Part shown: positions 51,148 to 61,035 of the stretch, one piece after another
Layout: each line of letters begins with the position of its first letter
Position numbering within the stretch: position 1 is the first letter of the stretch
Assembly: GCA_963836235.1 (NCBI GenBank)
Contig: CAWIIP010000001.1
Coordinates: 128,001-192,000, forward strand
Reading direction: 5' to 3'
DNA from: an uncultured Pseudomonadota bacterium
GTDB taxonomy: Bacteria > Oederibacteriota > Muellerivitia > Muellerivitales > Muellerivitaceae
DNA: 64,000 bases
The notes under the pieces: generated by a model
Seen by the model: only the letters and a program-made list of their open reading frames with translations
What the model was told of the DNA's origin: nothing
Database searches by the model: none
Translations under genes and position numbers: made by a program

Positions 51148-53868
51148 ATGAAGTTCCATCTGCGAGGATTTGGATTTTTAGCGCCGCTGTTGTTCTCCCT
51201 CTTATTCATAGTCGCCCCCAATGCGAAGGCCGACACGTCCATGGCCACCCCCGTGGAAGGCCAAGGCAATAGTCAGTCCGCCGCCGTGACGGGAGTCTCC
51301 GAACTTCCCGAAGTTACGGTGAAGGCTAAGGGCATCGACCAGGCCGCCGCCTTCGATCAGATGCACGATTCCCTGAACAAGGTGAATGTCCTTTCCCAAG
51401 ACCAGATCAACCAGACGCCGGCCAAGACCGTGGCCCAGGCGGCCGAGCAACTGCCCGGGGTCGGGCTTCTGCATGACACCAGCGAAGCCCGCTATCTCAC
51501 GATCCGGGGTACGGATCCGAACCTGGACATCGTCACTTTCAATGAAACTATTATTCCGTCCTATGATGAGGCTGCGAGGTCGGTGGAACTGGACGCTATT
51601 CCGGCGGGCTTGTTCGGCGAAATGCAACTCTACAAGACGATCCTGCCGAACATGGACGCACAGGGTATAGGGGGCCAGCTGAACCTTGTTCCCAAATACG
51701 CCCAAGATTATCCGAACGGGTTGCTCGAGCTGAAGGCCGAAGGGGAATTTTTTCCGGAGCGCAACCAGCCCGGCGTCAGGGGCGATTTGACCTGGGCCGA
51801 TATCTACAACCTGGGAGGGAAAACCAACCTGGGAATCCTCGTCGACGCCGGGTACCAGTTCAGCCGGTTCGGGATCGACGACTTGGAGAATGACTATACT
51901 GACCCCTCGAAAAACCCTGTAGTTGCTAATTCCATCAAAGATTATCAATTCCGGTATTACGACTACGAGCGGGACCGGGCCGGAATCGGAACGAACATCA
52001 ACCTCGACTTAGATCGGGACAACAAGCTTTACGCCAATTTGATGTACAGCGGTTATGACGAGTACCGCGCTCCCGTGTGGCATACGCAATATAAAGGCTT
52101 GGATGCCCTTGCGGCGAACCAAGTGGCTGCCGACGGAACGATAACGGCATCTCCCTCCGATGTTAATAAAAGCGGAACGGATGAATTGACGGAGTTCCGT
52201 ACCCTGGCTTCGGCGGTGGGTGGGTCCAACAATCTCGGTGGCTTCATTCTGGACTACAAGGCCAGCTTTGCCTATGCGGAGACGTATGTTCCCTGGAGCT
52301 ATGGTTATAGTTTCGACGATGCAAGTCCTACCGGCACACTCACTTATAACAATACCGCCAACAACGGGAATACGCCGGTCTTCAACAACAGCGGCCTGAA
52401 CGGAACGGACACCGCTCCGGCCAGTTTCATCTATCAAGGCGCTAATAACAGCACCAGCCTCTACCAAGTGTCCCAGTACGGCGGAAAGGCCGATGGCAAG
52501 TTCGATATACCCCTTGGTGGGGACGATGCCAGTACGGTCAAATTCGGCGCGGCCATGCGGTTGGAATACTCCACCAACACCGGGGAAAGCTTCAACTCGA
52601 CCCAGACGGCTGCCGGCACCACCCTCGCCCTAAGCGCTTTCTCTCTTTATTCCCCCAGCTACTATCCCCCCGACAATATCTATAACATGGGGCCGATTCC
52701 AACCTTAGCCTCGACGACGAGTCTTCTCAACAATGCGAACCAATACCAGGGGCCCTTTCTCCAAACCGATCCGAATGGGGACAAGGGAGGCGACTATAAC
52801 AACTGGGAAGATGTCTATGCGGCTTACGCCATGTACAACGTCAAAAGCGGTCCCATGGAGGCCATGGTGGGCGCCCGGTTGGAGGTCACGCACATCAATT
52901 ACACCTGGTACGAGTCTTACAATTTAATCACCAGCGGAGTCGGAATCGGGGATCCGATTACGGATCAGGCTGATGAATTGCCCACCCCTGTCGCCGAAAC
53001 GGGAACCATCGACTATGCCAACGTCCTGCCGAGCCTGGGATTTAAATATACCTTTAATCCCGATCTCATCACCCGGATGAACTATTCGCAGACCATTGCC
53101 CGTCCGACCCAGAACCAGTACATTCCTTCCTTCAGCTTGGGGCAGGCCCTGAGCTCGCAGGGCGGGAACAACGACGTTTCATTCACCTTCGGCAACCCCA
53201 ACCTGAAACCGGAGATCTCAAACAATATCGATTACTCATTCGAGTTTTATCCGCAAAAAGCGGCCATCTTGGGGGTTGACTTGTTCCTCAAGCAAATAAA
53301 TAACTATATCGTGCAAAATTACTCCAGGGTGGAAGGCCCGGGCGGGGTTGGCTCAGGTGGGGTAACCGACTCCATCAACTACATTAATATTCCCGGTTCC
53401 GTTATCGACGGGATTGAATTCCAGTACCAGCAGCAATACACCATGCTGCCGGACCCCCTGAATGGGATAGGTTTCCGAGGGTCCATTTCCTTTATCGGTT
53501 CCCAAGGAGAGCTTTCCCCGGGTGTCTACGGCGAGCTGCCCAGCCAGTCCGACCTCATTTGGGAAACCGGCGTCTTTTACAAGAAGGGTGGGCTGACCGT
53601 TGACGTCGCGGGTAACTTCACCGGCAAAACTTTGACTGTGATCGGGGACTCAAATGCGCAGAGTTATTCTCCGAGCATATATTACGACGATTATTTCCAG
53701 GTCAACGCGAAGGCCCAGTACGCCCTCACCAAGGACTTCTCGCTCTATGCCGACTGGAACAACATCAACAACGCGGACCTTCGTTACTACCAGGCTGCGC
53801 CCAATTACCCGATCCAGAACGAGTTTTACGGGCCTTCCTACGACGGCGGTATCGACGTCACCTTTTAA
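51148..53868 (+). CDS. TonB-dependent receptor
   Basis: Signal peptide, TonB-box-like EVTVKA, plug (LPGV, IRG, GIGGQLNL), GNPNLKPE, C-terminal GIDVTF. Confidence 0.92.
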   Translation: MKFHLRGFGFLAPLLFSLLFIVAPNAKADTSMATPVEGQGNSQSAAVTGVSELPEVTVKAKGIDQAAAFDQMHDSLNKVNVLSQDQINQTPAKTVAQAAEQLPGVGLLHDTSEARYLTIRGTDPNLDIVTFNETIIPSYDEAARSVELDAIPAGLFGEMQLYKTILPNMDAQGIGGQLNLVPKYAQDYPNGLLELKAEGEFFPERNQPGVRGDLTWADIYNLGGKTNLGILVDAGYQFSRFGIDDLENDYTDPSKNPVVANSIKDYQFRYYDYERDRAGIGTNINLDLDRDNKLYANLMYSGYDEYRAPVWHTQYKGLDALAANQVAADGTITASPSDVNKSGTDELTEFRTLASAVGGSNNLGGFILDYKASFAYAETYVPWSYGYSFDDASPTGTLTYNNTANNGNTPVFNNSGLNGTDTAPASFIYQGANNSTSLYQVSQYGGKADGKFDIPLGGDDASTVKFGAAMRLEYSTNTGESFNSTQTAAGTTLALSAFSLYSPSYYPPDNIYNMGPIPTLASTTSLLNNANQYQGPFLQTDPNGDKGGDYNNWEDVYAAYAMYNVKSGPMEAMVGARLEVTHINYTWYESYNLITSGVGIGDPITDQADELPTPVAETGTIDYANVLPSLGFKYTFNPDLITRMNYSQTIARPTQNQYIPSFSLGQALSSQGGNNDVSFTFGNPNLKPEISNNIDYSFEFYPQKAAILGVDLFLKQINNYIVQNYSRVEGPGGVGSGGVTDSINYINIPGSVIDGIEFQYQQQYTMLPDPLNGIGFRGSISFIGSQGELSPGVYGELPSQSDLIWETGVFYKKGGLTVDVAGNFTGKTLTVIGDSNAQSYSPSIYYDDYFQVNAKAQYALTKDFSLYADWNNINNADLRYYQAAPNYPIQNEFYGPSYDGGIDVTF

Positions 53869-54051
53869 AGACGATTGCACAAAGATTTGAAGGGGATTCG
53901 ACTCAAATCTCCCGGCCGGCCCGGCGCGAGTTTAAAAAACCCAACAGGGTTTCGGATTCAGGGACCGAAACTCTGTGCCGGGTTTTGGCCATTTAGGGCC
54001 TTGGAATCGCCTCTTCCGTAATTCAAAATAACCGAAAAAAAGGAACTTTAA

Positions 54052-54678
54052 ATGAACTTGATTTTCATGCATATGGCCCTTCTGGGAGACACCTGGGTGA
54101 TCGGGCTGCTCATCCTGGCCAGCGTGGTTTCCATCGGTGTCATGTTCGAACGCTGGCGGGTCTTCCGCAAGAACCGGGGCGACTTGGCCGCTTTGATGGA
54201 TGGGCTTGCGGCCAGCCTTGAAAAAGGCGACGTACCGGGGGCGGTGGCCCTGGCGGAAAAAAGCGAAAGAATCGAGGCCCGGGTGGCGCTGGCGGGCTTG
54301 AAGAGCTTCCCTAAGGGCGCCGCGACGGTGGAGGAGGTCATGGCCTCCCGTTGGCTGAGGGAAAGGCTGGAACTGGAAAAGTACCTGATCATCCTGGGGA
54401 CCCTGGGCAACAACGCCCCCTTCGTCGGACTTTTCGGGACGGTGCTGGGCGTGATCAAGGCCTTCAACGACCTGGGGATGACGGGCCAAAGCGGGATCTC
54501 GGTCGTCATGGCCGGCATTTCCGCCGCCCTGATCGCCACGGCCTTCGGAATTCTGGTGGCCATCCCCGCAGTCATCGCCAACAACTTTTTCCTGACCCGC
54601 CTAGGGGAGATCCAAACCAACACCGACAGCCTTTCGCGGATCCTCTTGGCCTATTTGAAGCAAGAGAAGGCTAAATAA
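54052..54678 (+). CDS. exbB: MotA/TolQ/ExbB proton channel
   Basis: LGTLGNNAPFVGLFGTVLGVIKAF, GISAALIATAFGILVAIPA. Confidence 0.9.
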   Translation: MNLIFMHMALLGDTWVIGLLILASVVSIGVMFERWRVFRKNRGDLAALMDGLAASLEKGDVPGAVALAEKSERIEARVALAGLKSFPKGAATVEEVMASRWLRERLELEKYLIILGTLGNNAPFVGLFGTVLGVIKAFNDLGMTGQSGISVVMAGISAALIATAFGILVAIPAVIANNFFLTRLGEIQTNTDSLSRILLAYLKQEKAK

Positions 54679-55079
54679 TGCTGCCGGGATCCAACGACCG
54701 GAACCTGGTCACCGGCATCAATGTCACCCCCCTGGTGGACATCACGCTGGTGCTGCTGATCATCTTCATGGTGACGGCCACCTTCATTAGCGAACAGGCC
54801 CTGCAGGTGCACCTGCCCAAGGTGGTCAAGGAGGAAAAGGCGCCCCAGCCCGCCCTCACGGTGACCCTGGGCAAGGACGGCGAACTCAAGTTCAACCTCA
54901 AAAATATCGACCTGGGCGGCCTGACCCAACAGATGACTGTCGAGACCAGCGTCAACCCCGAGGTGAAAGTGATCCTGAAGGCGGACAAGGACATCCCTTA
55001 CGAGAAATTGGCGCAGGTCCTGGACGCCATCAAAATGGGTGGGGTCCAGAAGGTGGCCCTGGCCATGGACCGGAAATAG
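54678..55079 (+). CDS. exbD: Biopolymer transporter ExbD/TolR
   Basis: INVTPLVDITLVLLIIFMVT, LKADKDIPY. Confidence 0.92.
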   Translation: MLPGSNDRNLVTGINVTPLVDITLVLLIIFMVTATFISEQALQVHLPKVVKEEKAPQPALTVTLGKDGELKFNLKNIDLGGLTQQMTVETSVNPEVKVILKADKDIPYEKLAQVLDAIKMGGVQKVALAMDRK

Positions 55080-55705
55080 TGAATTCCCCCTTCAACGGTA
55101 TTCTAATGAACCGATATTTCAGCAACATTGAAATGAACCGTGCTTTCGAGGAAATCCTCGCGAGTCGCCTTTACCGCGGTATTCTGCTTTCTTTTGTCCT
55201 GCATGGCGCGATTTTCGGGGGAGCCCTGGGCATCATCGCCTGGGAGGAGGCCCATGCCGAATACAGGACGGATGTCGACCTTAAAGCCACTCCTCTCTTA
55301 ACATTACAGTCCAAGTTGGTTCCTCCGCCGCCACCCGAACCCTGGATCGTCGCCCAAAAGAGCAAGGCCCCGCCCCCGCTCAAGGTCATTCCCACGCCCA
55401 CCCCCGAGGAGGCTCCGATGGCGGTCGCCAGCCGCCAGCCTTCCTTGGTAGGCGGCTTCATTGACGAGAACGATTATCCCCTCGAGATGCGGAAGCAAAA
55501 GAAAGAAGGCCGACTGATCGTGGAACTTCTGATCAATATTGAGGGGAAAGTCGATAAGGTGACCATCCTCCAGGGTGCCGATCCAGCGTTTAATCAGGTG
55601 GTGCTCGATAGGTTGAAAGACGCGAGGTTCCGGCCGGCCTTGGACAAGATGGGCGAGCCCATTAACTGTCGTGTACGACTTCCGATTTCCTTTAAGCTAG
55701 ATTAA
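55079..55705 (+). CDS. tonB: Energy transducer TonB (start uncertain)
   Basis: TM with S...H motif, Pro-rich linker, YP..MRK...EG, RFRPA, ISFKL. Confidence 0.88.
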   Translation: MNSPFNGILMNRYFSNIEMNRAFEEILASRLYRGILLSFVLHGAIFGGALGIIAWEEAHAEYRTDVDLKATPLLTLQSKLVPPPPPEPWIVAQKSKAPPPLKVIPTPTPEEAPMAVASRQPSLVGGFIDENDYPLEMRKQKKEGRLIVELLINIEGKVDKVTILQGADPAFNQVVLDRLKDARFRPALDKMGEPINCRVRLPISFKLD

Positions 55706-55814
55706 GTCGGAGGGACGGGAGGATTGGTTTGACGATGTTGTGCCTAAAAATAAGGGGAAAAACCCCTAAAAAAGTATCGCTTAAGGAATAGAAACGTCTA
55801 AAAGGAGGTTGAGT

Positions 55815-56882
55815 ATGAAGGTTTTCAATTTAAAAAAGGGGACTGGAATGAACAAATTCGCGGCGTTATTGCTATTGATGGCTTTTGCCGGTTGGACGGG
55901 TGGTATCCAGGCGCAGGAAACCGGAAGTGGTGGGTACAAAATCCTCCAAAAAGTTTCTTTGCCGGGGGACGGAGGTTTTGATTTCCTGACGGTCGATAGT
56001 GATGCCCGGCGGGTTTACATCACCCATAACGACAGCGTGCAGGTGCTTGACGCCGATACCTTGAAGCTGGTGGGAACCGTCGACAAGGTCCCCCATCCTC
56101 ACGGCGTGGTCTTTTTGCCCGAATTGGGCAAGGGCTATGCCACCAGCGGAGACCCGGGAAGCGTCGTGGTCTTCGACTTGAAGACGTTTCAACACATAGC
56201 CGAAATTCCCACCGCGAAGGACTCGGATGTCGTTATTTATGACAAGAGTTCGGGGAAGGTGCTGACTTTTAACGGGGACAGTTCTAATTCCACCGTTATT
56301 GATCCCACTACCGACAAGGCGGTCAAAACCGTGGATTTGGGAGGCCAGCCCGAAGTGGCCGTGTCCGACGGCAAAGGCCATATCTTCGATAACGTGGAGA
56401 GCAAAAGCGAAATCCTTAAGATCAATTCCAAGACCATGAAGATCACCAAGCGCTGGCCCCTGGCCCCTGGCGAATCCCCATCGGGGCTTGCCATGGACGT
56501 GGAAAACAACCGGCTCTTCAGCGGATGCCATAATAAGCTGTTGGTGGTGATGAACGCGAAGAACGGGAAAATCATCCAAACCCTGCCTATCGGCGACCAT
56601 GTGGACGGCACCACTTTCGACCCGGCCTCGGGCAACATCTTTGTCTCCTGCGGCGACGGCACGCTGAACGTCATTCACGAGGATTCGCCGAATAAATATT
56701 CCACGGTAGAAAACGTCCAAACCGAGCCTGGCGCTAAGACCCTGGCCTTTGACCCCAAAACCGGCCATGTTTTCCTGACGACGGCCAAAAGGGAAGAGGC
56801 GCCCAGCCCGACGACCGAGGACCCCAAACCCAAACGCAAGATCATTCCGGGGACCTTCCATGTCCTGGTGGTGGGGAAGTAA
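55815..56882 (+). CDS. YncE/YVTN beta-propeller protein
   Basis: Signal peptide; GGFDFLTVD, HGVV, WPLAPGESPSGLAMD, GAKTLAFDP; AAGGAGG RBS. Confidence 0.85.
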   Translation: MKVFNLKKGTGMNKFAALLLLMAFAGWTGGIQAQETGSGGYKILQKVSLPGDGGFDFLTVDSDARRVYITHNDSVQVLDADTLKLVGTVDKVPHPHGVVFLPELGKGYATSGDPGSVVVFDLKTFQHIAEIPTAKDSDVVIYDKSSGKVLTFNGDSSNSTVIDPTTDKAVKTVDLGGQPEVAVSDGKGHIFDNVESKSEILKINSKTMKITKRWPLAPGESPSGLAMDVENNRLFSGCHNKLLVVMNAKNGKIIQTLPIGDHVDGTTFDPASGNIFVSCGDGTLNVIHEDSPNKYSTVENVQTEPGAKTLAFDPKTGHVFLTTAKREEAPSPTTEDPKPKRKIIPGTFHVLVVGK

Positions 56883-56921
56883 GCTATCCGCGCCGGACTA
56901 AACCCTGTCCCAAGGAGAATT

Positions 56922-57701
56922 ATGGTCAAGAGAACTGTCGCGAAATCTATGGCCGACGATAAGGGTTTGAGCAAGGTCCCCGAGGTGACCCTTCTTTTTT
57001 GGGTCATCAAGATCGCGGCCACCACTCTGGGTGAAACCGGGGGGGACACGGTCTCCATGTCCATGAACCTGGGCTACCTGGTGGGTACGGCCATCTTCGC
57101 CGTCATTTTCCTGGCGGCCGTCACCATCCAGATCAAGGCCCAACGCTTTCATCCCTACATTTATTGGTTCACCATCATCGCCACCACCACCGTCGGCACG
57201 ACTTTGGCCGATTTCGCAGACCGCTCCCTCGGTATTGGTTATGCCGGCGGTTCGGCGATCCTTTTTTGCCTGCTCATAGGGTCCCTTTTCCTATGGCACA
57301 AAACCCTTGGAACGGTGGCGGTGGATTCGGTGAAGGATCCCAAATCGGAGATGTTTTACTGGGTCACCATCATGTTTTCACAGACCTTGGGAACCGCCTT
57401 GGGGGACTGGACGGCTGACAGCGAGGGGATGGGTTACCTGGGAGGGGCAACCCTGTTTGTGATCTTGCTGGCGGTAGTGCTCGGCCTTTATCTTTGGACG
57501 AAAATATCCAGGACCCTGCTCTTCTGGTCCGCCTTCATCCTTACCCGCCCCTTGGGCGCGGTACTGGGTGACTTTTTGGACAAACCCCTCGACCATGGGG
57601 GCCTGAACTTGAGCCGTTACGCCGCCACCGGAGCCCTTTTTCTCTTTATCCTCGCCTGCATCTTTTTCTTTCAGCACCGGGCCGCTCGAAAAAGCCATTA
57701 A
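56922..57701 (+). CDS. COG4705-family membrane protein (DUF347 repeats)
   Basis: SKVPEVTLLFWVIKIAATTLGETGGD, SQTLGTALGD, FILTRPLGA..GDFLDKP. Confidence 0.88.
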   Translation: MVKRTVAKSMADDKGLSKVPEVTLLFWVIKIAATTLGETGGDTVSMSMNLGYLVGTAIFAVIFLAAVTIQIKAQRFHPYIYWFTIIATTTVGTTLADFADRSLGIGYAGGSAILFCLLIGSLFLWHKTLGTVAVDSVKDPKSEMFYWVTIMFSQTLGTALGDWTADSEGMGYLGGATLFVILLAVVLGLYLWTKISRTLLFWSAFILTRPLGAVLGDFLDKPLDHGGLNLSRYAATGALFLFILACIFFFQHRAARKSH

Positions 57702-57724
57702 AGATATAGCCCTGGGAGGCCGGA

Positions 57725-58084
57725 ATGAACCTGATGCGGCGCTTTCACCTGCTCTTGGGATGCTTCTTCGCCCCAGCCCTGCTTTTCTTCACCGTTTCCG
57801 GTATTTTCCAAACGCTGCGGTTGCATAAGGACGTGAAAAACGGCTATCAGGCCCCGGCAATACTGAAAGCCATAGCGAAAATCCATAAGGATCAAAAATT
57901 GCCCGACTCAACCTCCCCGACTTGGCCCCTTCAAGGGTTTGTCTTGCTGATGTCCGCCGGGTTCATCTTCAGTACCGTGGTGGGGTTGGTTTTGGCTTTT
58001 AAGTACTTTCGCCCCCGATGGGTCGTCTGGGTGATGCTGGTGGCGGGAGGAATTCTGCCGGTCACTTTATTGATGGTGAGATAG
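57725..58084 (+). CDS. PepSY-associated TM-like small membrane protein
   Basis: RRFHLLLGCFFAP..LFFTVSG, second His in AKIHK, C-terminal TMs. Confidence 0.65.
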   Translation: MNLMRRFHLLLGCFFAPALLFFTVSGIFQTLRLHKDVKNGYQAPAILKAIAKIHKDQKLPDSTSPTWPLQGFVLLMSAGFIFSTVVGLVLAFKYFRPRWVVWVMLVAGGILPVTLLMVR

Positions 58085-58135
58085 TCCGTGCCCCTTGGGG
58101 CCGGAAGAAAAAAATTAAATAGTCGGGAGTGGAAA

Positions 58136-60130
58136 ATGAAATTCTTTCAAAAGGCCCTAAGGGCCATCTGCCTGTTTGGAATTTTCGCGGTCGCCAGCCC
58201 TCCTTCACCCGCCTATTCCAAGCCTGCGGTGAGCTCGTCGAAGCCGCCTTTGGTGGAACCCCTACCCCCCACGGGCGATAGCCAAGTCGCCCCTTTGGAA
58301 GTCCCAAAAACCAAAGAACCAAAACTCAGCCGGAAGAATCTAATCTCTCTCCTTCAAAAAAACATTAAGTATGTTTTCGTCCTCTATCAGGAAAACCGCT
58401 CCTTTGATTCCTATTTCGGCACTTTCCCTGGCGTGGAGGGAATCTATTCCCACCCGCAAAGTCTGACCCCCGGCTTTAACCAGTCCGTCCAAAACCCCGA
58501 CGGCACTCAGCAGCCCATCCAGCCTTTCCTCATCGGGCCCAAGCAATTCGCCTCGGACCTGGACGACGTCAAACATTCCCACCTGGTCCTGGTCAAAAAG
58601 ATGGACGTGGTGGAGGGAAAACCCAAGATGGATCAGTTCGCCATGGCCGAGGAGTTCAAGAATGGCCCGGATAAGCCGCCCAGTCTGGCCGACAAGCAGT
58701 TTGGGGAAATGGCCATGTCCCACGTGGACGGCGAGACCATCCCCTTCCTCTGGCGCTGGGCCAACCGGTTCGTGATCTTCGACCACATTTTCCAGTTGAT
58801 GGTGGGTCCCTCGGGTCCCGGCAACCTTTCCATCATCGCCGCCCAAAGCGGGCAGACCCAGGCCGCTCTTCATCCCAAGGAATTGGAGCAGGATTCGGGG
58901 AAGAAGGCTCCCGGTGAGCCCGTTCTCAACAGCAGCGACCCCTTCTGGGGCTCGCCCGAGGACGACTCCAACCCCAAGATGCCAATTAACCCCAAGGACT
59001 TTTCCGGGAAGAACAAAGATAAGGAAACCCATTTGAACCAGACCTACGCCACCATCCCGCTCTCTCTGGCCGGGTCCCAAGCCCAAAGCGAGACCGATGC
59101 CGATCCGCAAAAGGAATCCGACCTCGAGGACCTTCAGGACGACGTGGCCTACCTGGACCAAAAGGGCCAGGCGCCCATTTCCTGGGGCTGGTTTCAGGAG
59201 GGCTTCGGCCATCCCTGGGGCGGCGGGGAAGACCCCACCGACGCCGAGGGCCAGCATTTCTCCTATGTCACCCACCATAACGGGCCACAGTATTTCGGGT
59301 ATATCGTGCATAGCCCGGCCCTGGCCGGGGGCCTCCACGACCTGCAGGACTTTTTCACCGCCGTCAAAAAAGGCGCTCTGTCCGACCAAGGCGGGGTCTA
59401 TTACGTGAAGGGGGGCGGGCATAACCTCTTTGGTTTGAAGCCCTTCGATCCGGATGACGCGGTGCAGAAGCGGTTCCAGGGGGATGACGACCATCCCGGG
59501 GATTCGGATTCCCAGATCAGCGAGGCGATGCTGGCCCATGCCATCAACGCCATCGCCCAAAGCAAATATTGGGACCAATGCGCCATCATTGTCACCTGGG
59601 ACGACGAGGGCGGGTTTTATGACCATGTCCCGCCCCCACTGAACTCCTTCACCCCGGACAAGGAGCCCCTTACGGACGGACCCAGGGTTCCCTTCCTTCT
59701 TCTCTCACCTTATTCGAGGGTCCATGCGGTGGTGCATGAGACGGGGGACCATGGTTCGGTAGTGAAGTTCGTGGATACCCTCTTTGGGCTTACCCCCCTC
59801 GCAAAACTCCCCGATGAACTGAAGGGCCGTAAACTCGGCAAGAAGAATTTGGGGCAGGATAATTGGGGCCCCGACGACGCGCTGACGCCTGGCGTTTGCG
59901 ATCTGGTGGCGGCTTTCGATCCGGCCCGCTTGAGCGGCGCTGTTTCGATCCTCCCGCCCGATTACGCCATTATTCCCGACTCTATCGTGGGGAAGCTTCC
60001 GCAAGAAAGCGGGTTCGGCCTGAAGGATGTCGGGATTGTGCCGGTCGATCAGACCCTCGGCTTGCCGAATCCCATCCCGGCCGACTTCAACCCGAGGCCC
60101 AAAACCAATCCGAACCGCCCCCCTTTCTAA
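58136..60130 (+). CDS. Secreted phosphoesterase (phospholipase C / AcpA acid phosphatase family)
   Basis: QENRSFDSYFG, GPS.PG, DDHPG, TWDDEGGFYDHV, GPRVP; signal peptide. Confidence 0.9.
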   Translation: MKFFQKALRAICLFGIFAVASPPSPAYSKPAVSSSKPPLVEPLPPTGDSQVAPLEVPKTKEPKLSRKNLISLLQKNIKYVFVLYQENRSFDSYFGTFPGVEGIYSHPQSLTPGFNQSVQNPDGTQQPIQPFLIGPKQFASDLDDVKHSHLVLVKKMDVVEGKPKMDQFAMAEEFKNGPDKPPSLADKQFGEMAMSHVDGETIPFLWRWANRFVIFDHIFQLMVGPSGPGNLSIIAAQSGQTQAALHPKELEQDSGKKAPGEPVLNSSDPFWGSPEDDSNPKMPINPKDFSGKNKDKETHLNQTYATIPLSLAGSQAQSETDADPQKESDLEDLQDDVAYLDQKGQAPISWGWFQEGFGHPWGGGEDPTDAEGQHFSYVTHHNGPQYFGYIVHSPALAGGLHDLQDFFTAVKKGALSDQGGVYYVKGGGHNLFGLKPFDPDDAVQKRFQGDDDHPGDSDSQISEAMLAHAINAIAQSKYWDQCAIIVTWDDEGGFYDHVPPPLNSFTPDKEPLTDGPRVPFLLLSPYSRVHAVVHETGDHGSVVKFVDTLFGLTPLAKLPDELKGRKLGKKNLGQDNWGPDDALTPGVCDLVAAFDPARLSGAVSILPPDYAIIPDSIVGKLPQESGFGLKDVGIVPVDQTLGLPNPIPADFNPRPKTNPNRPPF

Positions 60131-60315
60131 GGGGATGGAGCTGCTTGAAAATCACCAATCGCTAGTCCCTGGTTCGGGCGTTCCCTCGGGATTGCCATTT
60201 TAGTGATCAAACGGGAGTTACAAAATTAATGAAGTCAATGGATATTCTTACCTAAGAATGTAGAATGTTGTCCTGTCCCTATTCCCGTTTATCTGGTGGG
60301 GTTCGCCGTGGATGT

Positions 60316-60335
60316 CCGCGGGAATATTCCCGCGG
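60316..60335. promoter_or_regulatory. Perfect 20-bp palindrome upstream of the SRPBCC gene
   Basis: CCGCGGGAAT-ATTCCCGCGG; the regulatory role is a guess. Confidence 0.4.
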
Positions 60336-60397
60336 GAGATCTTGGCATCTTTTCCCAAGTAGGGAAATTCGCGCCTTTTAAACAAACGGAGTAAATC

Positions 60398-60829
60398 ATG
60401 ACCACTTTCCGAACTTCTCGTGATATTCCCGCTTCGCCGGACCAAGTATTCGCGGCCTTCAGCGACCCGCGAAGGCTGGCCCGTTGGTGGGGCCCCGCCG
60501 GATTCACCAATAGCTTCAAGGTTTGCGAGTTCAAGCCGGGTGGGCATTGGTCCTTCGTGATGCATGGTCCCAATGAGGTCGACTATCCGAATGAAAATAT
60601 CTTTGAGGAAGTGGAACCGGCCAGGAAGGTCGTTGTGCGCCACGCGTCAAATCCGGAGTATCGCCTGGTCATCATTTTGACTCCCTCGACCGGAGGAACC
60701 ACGATTTCTTGGGCCCAGACTTTCGATAACCCGGAAACCGCGAGCCGCATCGAGTCCATTGTTGTTCCCGCGAACGAGCAGAACCTCGACCGCCTCCTAG
60801 CCGAGGTATCGGGTCGGGAACCCGGCTAA
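60398..60829 (+). CDS. SRPBCC/AHSA1 domain protein
   Basis: VFAAFSDP..LARWWGPAGF, FKPGG.W.FVMHGP, NEQNLDRL. Confidence 0.9.
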   Translation: MTTFRTSRDIPASPDQVFAAFSDPRRLARWWGPAGFTNSFKVCEFKPGGHWSFVMHGPNEVDYPNENIFEEVEPARKVVVRHASNPEYRLVIILTPSTGGTTISWAQTFDNPETASRIESIVVPANEQNLDRLLAEVSGREPG

Positions 60830-61035
60830 CCCGTCCGATTTCCCATTGGAATACTGGAAGTAATCCAGGAAATAGCCGATGGGTTTTGGTCTTTCGTTGG
60901 GCCTGATCCTGGCCTTTCCAGATCCTTTTAGGTAAAAAAGCCCTGAACGGACGGTATATTTTTCCATGAAAACCCTTTTCTACGATTGAAATGGAATAAA
61001 ATGCCTTTTCAAAAGGCTTATCCTAAGGAGGAAGT

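Noticed and set aside
51202-59626. Long antisense ORFs (248, 329, 428 aa) in the TBDR operon
   Set aside because: Typical antisense shadows of GC-rich genes with clear sense-strand products.
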